Assembly (NCBI GenBank): GCA_004321905.1
Contig: SCQF01000012.1
Coordinates: 5,411 to 69,410 of the forward strand
DNA: 64,000 nucleotides
DNA from: Verrucomicrobiota bacterium
GTDB lineage: Bacteria; Verrucomicrobiota; Kiritimatiellia; CAIQIC01
Direction of reading: 5' to 3'
Within the stretch, counting starts at the first letter, position 1. Each line of letters opens with the position of its first letter. Position numbers and translations under genes: made by a program. Below the pieces are notes generated by a model. It worked only from the letters and a program-made list of their open reading frames with translations, was not told where the DNA came from and did no database searches. Positions 58,149 to 64,000 of this stretch are shown here, one piece after another.

Positions 58149-59210
58149 ATGCACGCCTGTTCGATCCTGTCACTTTGCGCCATCGTCGCCGTAGTCACGT
58201 CGTGTAGCGCCGAAACGAAAAAAATTGAGACCCAAGCGCCGTCCGCGCCCGTCGCTTCGGCGGCATCCACGATGCCGGCACGGCCACCCACCGCCGCGCC
58301 CATGCTGAAAACCATCGCGCCGACGAGCGTCGTCGCGGTCGTCGAAGGTGTCGAGTTGCACCAGTCGGAGGTCAACACGCGGATGGAACGCGTGCTGGCG
58401 ATGAGCGGCGGACATATCCCGCCGGAGCGGATCGCCGAGTTTCGCGCGCAATTTGGCAAGCGTGTTTTGGATGAAATGGTGATGCAGACATTGCTGCTCA
58501 AAACCGCCGAGCAGGCCAAAATTGCAATCACCACGAACGATATTGCGGAAGCGCTGAAGGGGATGCCCCTCCCGCCGGGCCAAACACTGGAGAGCGCGCT
58601 CGCGGCACAGGGCATGAACCGGGCGGATTTCGACAAAGAGATGCGCGACGGCCTGAAGATTCAAAAGCTGCTGGAAAAAGAGATCGGCAACAAGGCGGTG
58701 GTCTCGGATCAACAGATCAAAGAATTCTATGAATCCAACAAGACGCATATGGCGACGCCGGAAACCGTTACCGCACGTCATTTGCTGGTGAAATTCCCCG
58801 ACAATGCCGACGACAAGGCGAAGGCGACCGCCAAAGCCAAGGCCGAAGGCTTGCGCAAGCAGTTGGTGGCAGGCGCTGATTTTGCGAAGTTGGTGAAGGA
58901 AAACTCCGACGATCCCGGCAGCAAGGAAACGGGTGGCGAATACACCTTCCCGCGTGGGCAGATGGTGCCGGCCTTCGAGTCCGCCGCGTTCAACCAGAAT
59001 CTCAAAGAAATCGGCCCGCTGGTCGAGACGCAATTTGGTTATCACATCATCCAAACACTGGCCAAAAAGCCGGGTAAGACCATGGCGCTGGACGAGGTGA
59101 AAGACGACATTCGCAAGCACCTCGAAAACAAAATCAAGGGCGAGGCCGTGCAGAAATATATTGAAGCACTCCGCGCTAAAGCGACCATCAAGTATCCAAG
59201 CCAGACGTAA
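58149..59210 (+). CDS. Parvulin-type peptidyl-prolyl isomerase lipoprotein (PrsA/SurA-like)
   Basis: GAAAGGA RBS; lipobox VTSC; ARHLLV, SDDPGS..GG, MVPAFE, TQFGYHII. Confidence 0.92.
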   Translation: MHACSILSLCAIVAVVTSCSAETKKIETQAPSAPVASAASTMPARPPTAAPMLKTIAPTSVVAVVEGVELHQSEVNTRMERVLAMSGGHIPPERIAEFRAQFGKRVLDEMVMQTLLLKTAEQAKIAITTNDIAEALKGMPLPPGQTLESALAAQGMNRADFDKEMRDGLKIQKLLEKEIGNKAVVSDQQIKEFYESNKTHMATPETVTARHLLVKFPDNADDKAKATAKAKAEGLRKQLVAGADFAKLVKENSDDPGSKETGGEYTFPRGQMVPAFESAAFNQNLKEIGPLVETQFGYHIIQTLAKKPGKTMALDEVKDDIRKHLENKIKGEAVQKYIEALRAKATIKYPSQT

Positions 59211-59238
59211 GCCCGGCTAATCCTGTTGGCCGTACGTA

Positions 59239-59278
59239 AAAACGCCAAGTTGCAGAACCTTCTGCGACTTGGCGTTTT
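59239..59278. terminator. Bidirectional intrinsic terminator
   Basis: AAAACGCCAAGTTGCAGAA-CC-TTCTGCGACTTGGCGTTTT between convergent genes. Confidence 0.85.
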
Positions 59279-59299
59279 GATTTTGTGGGAACCGCGAAA

Positions 59300-59833
59300 T
59301 CAATACTCGAAGTTCACCGGCACGGTGGCGCCGGGGCCGTAGTCCATCCGTAGCGAACCGCTATTCGAGGCCGCCATTAACAACGGCAGGTTGTCGGTGG
59401 CCACGACCAGCGGCGCAGACGCAGACGCCGATTCCGTTCGGATTTGCGCCCAACTGGCAGGCGCACCGACCGGCGCGGCCAGCTCGGTGGCGGGACGCAA
59501 TCCATAGAAGCCGAGACCGATCAACAACACTGCGGCGGCGGCAAGGCGTAGCGGCTGAAAGGCTCGGCCAAAATGTTCGCTCCACAAGCGCCAACCTGCG
59601 CCCTCCGTAGCTGCTTGCTGCTCCAATTCGCGCCGGATATTCGCCGCGCAACGCTCAGAAAAACCGGACGGTGGCTGTTCATAGCGCTTGAGCGCCAACA
59701 GCGCACGGATATTATTCTGATGATCCACATCCGCGCGACACGCGGCACACGCACGCAAGTGATCCCGCATCGCTACGGCGCGGGGATCAGCATCCGGCAG
59801 ACCGATCAGCATCTTGGCATCTTCGCACTTCAT
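59300..59833 (-). CDS. Zinc-binding anti-sigma factor
   Basis: MKC...HLRACAAC (HxxxCxxC), one TM helix; overlaps the sigma gene stop. Confidence 0.85.
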   Translation of the reverse strand: MKCEDAKMLIGLPDADPRAVAMRDHLRACAACRADVDHQNNIRALLALKRYEQPPSGFSERCAANIRRELEQQAATEGAGWRLWSEHFGRAFQPLRLAAAAVLLIGLGFYGLRPATELAAPVGAPASWAQIRTESASASAPLVVATDNLPLLMAASNSGSLRMDYGPGATVPVNFEY

Positions 59834-60429
59834 GGCGCAAACTCCGCGAGTTCCTTTTGCAACTGCTGGCGCGCGTAGAAAAGCCGGGAGCGCACGGTGC
59901 CCTCCGACGTTTTCGTGATGCGCGCAATTTCGTGATGCTGCAAGCCCTGTATATCATGCAGCACCACCGCCGCTCTGTGATTCTCCGACAGCTTCTGGAG
60001 CGCAACGTTCAATTTTTTTTGTAACTCACCAATCGTCACATCGCGGAACGGCGATTCGCGGGAACGCAACTCGACGAACGTCGGATCGCGCTCCACGCCT
60101 TGATCCATGTCGTCCAAGCGCAACGCGGCCTGATCGTGCCGCCGTTTTTCGCGGAAATTCAACGCGTGGTTTACCGCGATCCGATAAATCCACGTATAAA
60201 ACGAACTGTGCCCGTGGAACCGCCGCAGCGCCGCATGGGCTTTGAGAAACACGTCCTGCGCGAGATCCTGCGCATCCTCGCGATGCGAGGTCATGTGATA
60301 CAGCAGATTATAGATGCGCGGATGATGCCGTTGCACGAGCTCTTCGTACGCGGACAAGTCGCCGCGTTGCGCGCGCCGGATCAGGTCGCGTTCGTCGTCG
60401 GGCGTTTTTTGAGGTGCAACGGCTTCCAT
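59830..60429 (-). CDS. ECF RNA polymerase sigma factor (RpoE-like)
   Basis: DAQDLAQDVF, SSFYTWIYRIAVN, EIA...GTVRSRLFYAR. Confidence 0.93.
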   Translation of the reverse strand: MEAVAPQKTPDDERDLIRRAQRGDLSAYEELVQRHHPRIYNLLYHMTSHREDAQDLAQDVFLKAHAALRRFHGHSSFYTWIYRIAVNHALNFREKRRHDQAALRLDDMDQGVERDPTFVELRSRESPFRDVTIGELQKKLNVALQKLSENHRAAVVLHDIQGLQHHEIARITKTSEGTVRSRLFYARQQLQKELAEFAP

Positions 60430-60480
60430 GATGGCGCGGCGCGAGGATAGGCGAACGGCGGGCGCTGTCAATAGTTCCGG

Positions 60481-60531
60481 TTTTCCAAGGTTTGGAAAAG
60501 TACGCGCGCTGTTTTTCCACGCCTTGGAAAA
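60481..60531. repeat. Palindrome doublet (19+13+19 bp)
   Basis: TTTTCCAAGGTTTGGAAAA / 13 nt / TTTTCCACGCCTTGGAAAA. Confidence 0.9.
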
Positions 60532-60540
60532 AACGCCATT

Positions 60541-63351
60541 TTATGGCTGATCGAGGCCGCGCAGAATCCAGCCCGGCAGCGGATCGCTGACGGGATGCCA
60601 GAAGCGCGGCGCACCCTGGGCATCCAACTCCCACAGGCCGGCCATACCGCCATCACGCGCTTGGAGCAGAATGTAGTTCTTGGTCAGCGCGCGCAGAATC
60701 CAGCCCGGCGGCAGGGTGACGTTGAGCGGCGTCCACGTGGTAATATGGTTCGAGCCGTCGAGCGTCCAATAACCAATCGGTGAACTTTCGCCGAATTGCA
60801 CCAATATCTGGTTCCCGCAAAGCGCGCGCGCGATCAAGCCAGCGACGGGACCATTCAAGGTCGTCCACGTGACCGGATGATTATTGCCATCAAGGGTCCA
60901 GACACCCACCATGCCGCCATCGCCGGCTTGCAACAGAATGCGGTTGCCATCCAAATCGCGCGCAATCCAGCCCGGCATGGCACCGGAGACCAGCCACCAG
61001 CGCACCGGCACGCCGTTCGCCAAATCCCACAGACCGATCATGCCGCCATCGCCCTGCTGCAATAGAATGCGGTTTTGATTGCTGGCCCGAAGAATCCAGC
61101 CGGCGCCCAATGGCCCGGTGATGGACTGCCACGCGGCCGGCCGATAATCGGCCCCCAGTGTCCACATTCCCGCCATGCCGCCATTGCCGGCTTGCAATAA
61201 CACTTTGAGCGTCACGTTGGTCGTGAAGGCGAAGTTGGCGGTGTTCGTGACATCGTTGGCCGGTACGGTGATGCTACGTACGGCGGAAGTGTTGCCATCA
61301 TTCCAACCGGTGAACATCCAACCCAAGGCGGCATCGGCAGAGATTTGCGCCGGCGTGCCCGCCGCATAGGTGCCGCCGCCGCTCACGGTGCCCCCGTTCG
61401 CCGGATTTGCCAGCACGGTGATGGTAACACTTGGCGGCTGACTGAGCGGATAAGCCGTGAGATCGCTCTTCTGATAGTCGGCAGGCATACCCGCGCCGCG
61501 CGAGAGACCGGCCAAACCGCGGACGGTATCCAAGCTTAGATAGTTGAGCCGGATGACGCCATTGGTGAAAAGCTCGATCTGAAAACTGTTTGTGGTGATG
61601 GTGTTATATTCCGGCACATTTTGGAACGTGACGGCCGCGTGATCGGCCAACTGTTTCCAAGAAACGGTTCCGCCGGCCGCCGGGTTCAAATCTTCGAACA
61701 ACGCCGAGATGCGCGGCTTGCTGAAATGGTTGGTCAGTGATGTGCTATAAGTTCTGTCGCCGGCATTGAAGGTGATGTAGCCGTTCGCGCCCACGTAAAA
61801 GGTGGAGTAGCGGGTGCCGTAGAGCGCCACTTGCATCCCGTTCGTCAGGCTGATGGCCGCATAGCCGTCGTCCGTGAGCACCAGCCGCGTGCCACCAGTC
61901 GGATCGGTCGGAAACGTCGTGATGTCGAAATGTGATGCGGTGTAGCCGTTGGAGGAACTGTTCGGCGTGAAGATGATGGACTTCCCCTTCAAATCGTTAG
62001 GCGTGGTATCGAACAACTCGGTGAAATAGTCCACTTGACCGACGCGCAACGCCACGGGGCGGGTTTGATAGTCACGGTCGGTCAGATTGGTGATTGTGAG
62101 GGTGTCGGCATAATTCCCCACGGCCAGCGTATTGGCGGTGCTGTTGATGCTGACGGTCACCGTGACTTGCGCGCCGCCGTTCAGCGTACCGGAAGCCGGC
62201 GCGATGCTGATCCACGGCTGCGTATGGCTTGACGACCAATTCACGGCATGTGTGGCCGCGTTGCGCACGGTGTAGGCCTTGGCGCTGGGCGAGAACGCGC
62301 CCCCTTGCGGCCCGGTGACGCCGAGACCATCGCCCGGACTGACCTGCACGCCTGTGGCCGTACGATAATCCACAAAATTGGCGGCATAGCCCACGCGACT
62401 GCAACCATACTGAATGCGCATGTAGCCGCCCTCGCCCCACCCTGCGCTCCACGAGTTACGGAGAATCCACACACCATTCGAGCCTTGCGTATCGTCCCAG
62501 CCCACCAACACCACGGCATGATTGATGGTCTTGTCGTCGTTGTTGTTGAAGATGCCACCCACGTACGCCTGAAACGCACTGCTTGCATAAACGCCCACCG
62601 ACACCGGGCCATAGGTCATGATGGCACGCTTGATTTCGTCAGGCGTCGGCACATTGGAACCGGTGCCCAGATAGGCCCAGTTGTCCAGCCAGTAGCTATG
62701 CGGATAGGGCCCGTGCGGCGCGATATCTTGCGCCACATAGGGGAACGCCGTTTCCGGCACCGCGCCGTTGTCGCCATAGGGATCGTGCTTGGCCGAACCG
62801 CGCAAATGATAATCGTGAGCGAACCAGCCGCCGCCGCAACCCCAACCATCTTGATTGTCGCTGATCAGCCACTGCTCCGACAAATCGGCGATCACACCGT
62901 CTTTGATTTTGATGGCGCACTCCAGCGCGCCGACGGTGGAAAACGCCCAGCAGCTCCCGCACGCGGCCTGGTCGCGGATCGGCGGCAAGCCGGTTTGCGC
63001 GCGCCAGTCGAACGCGGTCGGCAAAGTACCGGCCGTCACACCACTGCTCCCCGCCGTGGCCGTCGTACCACCGCTGGTCAAGGTAGTGCTCGTGGCCAGC
63101 ACGCCGCTATTCCCCTCATGCAACGCAACGAACCGCGCTTTCTGTTGCCAACCACTCGGTTCCGCCAAGCTACACAGATGCGCGATATGGTGTTTGGAGG
63201 CGGGGTTATGCCCGACGGCAAAAGTCCAGCCCTCACGTCGGCCACGCTCGTGGAGCGCTTGAATATCCGCGTCCTGCAACTGCGCCACCGCCGGCAACAA
63301 CCCCAGCACGGACAACAAGCCCACGCCCAGACTCCAAACTTTGTACGGCAT
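60541..63351 (-). CDS. Secreted papain-family (C1A) cysteine peptidase with Ig/BACON-like domains and C-terminal repeats
   Basis: DQAACGSCWAF, NHAVVLVGW, RNSWSAGWGEGGY; signal peptide from ATG 63351. Confidence 0.9.
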   Translation of the reverse strand: MPYKVWSLGVGLLSVLGLLPAVAQLQDADIQALHERGRREGWTFAVGHNPASKHHIAHLCSLAEPSGWQQKARFVALHEGNSGVLATSTTLTSGGTTATAGSSGVTAGTLPTAFDWRAQTGLPPIRDQAACGSCWAFSTVGALECAIKIKDGVIADLSEQWLISDNQDGWGCGGGWFAHDYHLRGSAKHDPYGDNGAVPETAFPYVAQDIAPHGPYPHSYWLDNWAYLGTGSNVPTPDEIKRAIMTYGPVSVGVYASSAFQAYVGGIFNNNDDKTINHAVVLVGWDDTQGSNGVWILRNSWSAGWGEGGYMRIQYGCSRVGYAANFVDYRTATGVQVSPGDGLGVTGPQGGAFSPSAKAYTVRNAATHAVNWSSSHTQPWISIAPASGTLNGGAQVTVTVSINSTANTLAVGNYADTLTITNLTDRDYQTRPVALRVGQVDYFTELFDTTPNDLKGKSIIFTPNSSSNGYTASHFDITTFPTDPTGGTRLVLTDDGYAAISLTNGMQVALYGTRYSTFYVGANGYITFNAGDRTYSTSLTNHFSKPRISALFEDLNPAAGGTVSWKQLADHAAVTFQNVPEYNTITTNSFQIELFTNGVIRLNYLSLDTVRGLAGLSRGAGMPADYQKSDLTAYPLSQPPSVTITVLANPANGGTVSGGGTYAAGTPAQISADAALGWMFTGWNDGNTSAVRSITVPANDVTNTANFAFTTNVTLKVLLQAGNGGMAGMWTLGADYRPAAWQSITGPLGAGWILRASNQNRILLQQGDGGMIGLWDLANGVPVRWWLVSGAMPGWIARDLDGNRILLQAGDGGMVGVWTLDGNNHPVTWTTLNGPVAGLIARALCGNQILVQFGESSPIGYWTLDGSNHITTWTPLNVTLPPGWILRALTKNYILLQARDGGMAGLWELDAQGAPRFWHPVSDPLPGWILRGLDQP

Positions 63352-63433
63352 ATTCACAAGCCGCCTCAACTGAGACAACGTAAGGCAAGAAATGGAAAGA
63401 GCAAGACCTGTGCCAGCGCGGGAAGATTCGACC

Positions 63434-63452
63434 TTTTCCAAGGCTTGGAAAA
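63434..63452. repeat. Palindrome singlet
   Basis: TTTTCCAAGGCTTGGAAAA, exact consensus. Confidence 0.9.
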
Positions 63453-63981
63453 CGAGTGATTATTGCTCGGCGATGCCGCGCAGAATCCAGCCGGGCATGG
63501 GCGTGCCAGTATAGGCTCCGTTCGAGTTTTTCCAGAAAGTCATTACCGGGCCGGCGGGCAGCAGGCTATCGAGCAAGCCCAGCCGGGGATTCAGGGTCGT
63601 TTTCAGGCCCCCGTTATACCAACCGCACCAACCCGGTTCAAAAAAGTTGTGCAGCGGTCTCGGTTTGGAAATGATGGCGCAAGCGGGTGAACGCGGAACT
63701 CAAAATATAGCAGTCTTCGCCACGTGAGCGGTGGGTGGCGCCTGTCTACCTGATTTGCGGCTCCGCGCGACGCGTCACCCAACCCCGGCAACCGCAAACC
63801 GTGCTTGGTGACGAGGGCAGGGCGAGTCATCCTCGGCGAGCCGTTCGGGTGTAGCGCACGTGCGTATGACCGCTCTTGACTTCGCGCAGCCGTCTTCCTA
63901 CTTTGCCACCAGCTTAACGGGGCAGGCAGATCGGGCAGGTGAGGGATCGGCCCCGGGTGGTAATTCAAAAAGGAGTGGAAC

Positions 63982-64000
63982 ATGGACCATAACGGCTGGA
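63982..64000 (+). CDS. Start of an unidentified gene running off the window
   Basis: AAAAGGAG RBS 6 nt before ATG; MDHNGW... Confidence 0.5.

Noticed and set aside
7471..60531. Repeat-spacer-repeat units as mini-CRISPR arrays
   Set aside because: Only two repeats per locus, 13-bp spacers, copies usually inverted, dispersed after stop codons, and no cas genes in the window.

Overview
Bacterial chromosomal window with a GC-rich backbone. The DUF1549/1553-DUF1501-PPC module and the two-domain NDK suggest the PVC superphylum (Verrucomicrobiota/Kiritimatiellae-like); this is inference. The core carries a partly decayed ArsR-thioredoxin-CcdA locus, fmt, tRNA-Leu, an HtrA/pseudo-protease/twin-SPFH operon, lpdA, tsf-rpsB, tRNA-Val with an integrase scar, comEC, aspC and ndk. 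A visibly more AT-rich ~21-kb Wzm/Wzt surface-glycan cluster follows (36.6-58.0 kb), then a PPIase, an ECF sigma/anti-sigma pair and a papain-family protease. The most striking unexplained signal is a dispersed AT-rich palindrome, TTTTCCAA-nnn-TTGGAAAA. It occurs 11 times as a doublet with an invariant 13-bp variable spacer (32-bp period, 51-bp unit), plus singlets. It mostly sits just downstream of stop codons, is absent from the glycan island, and lies inside a probable coding sequence once.
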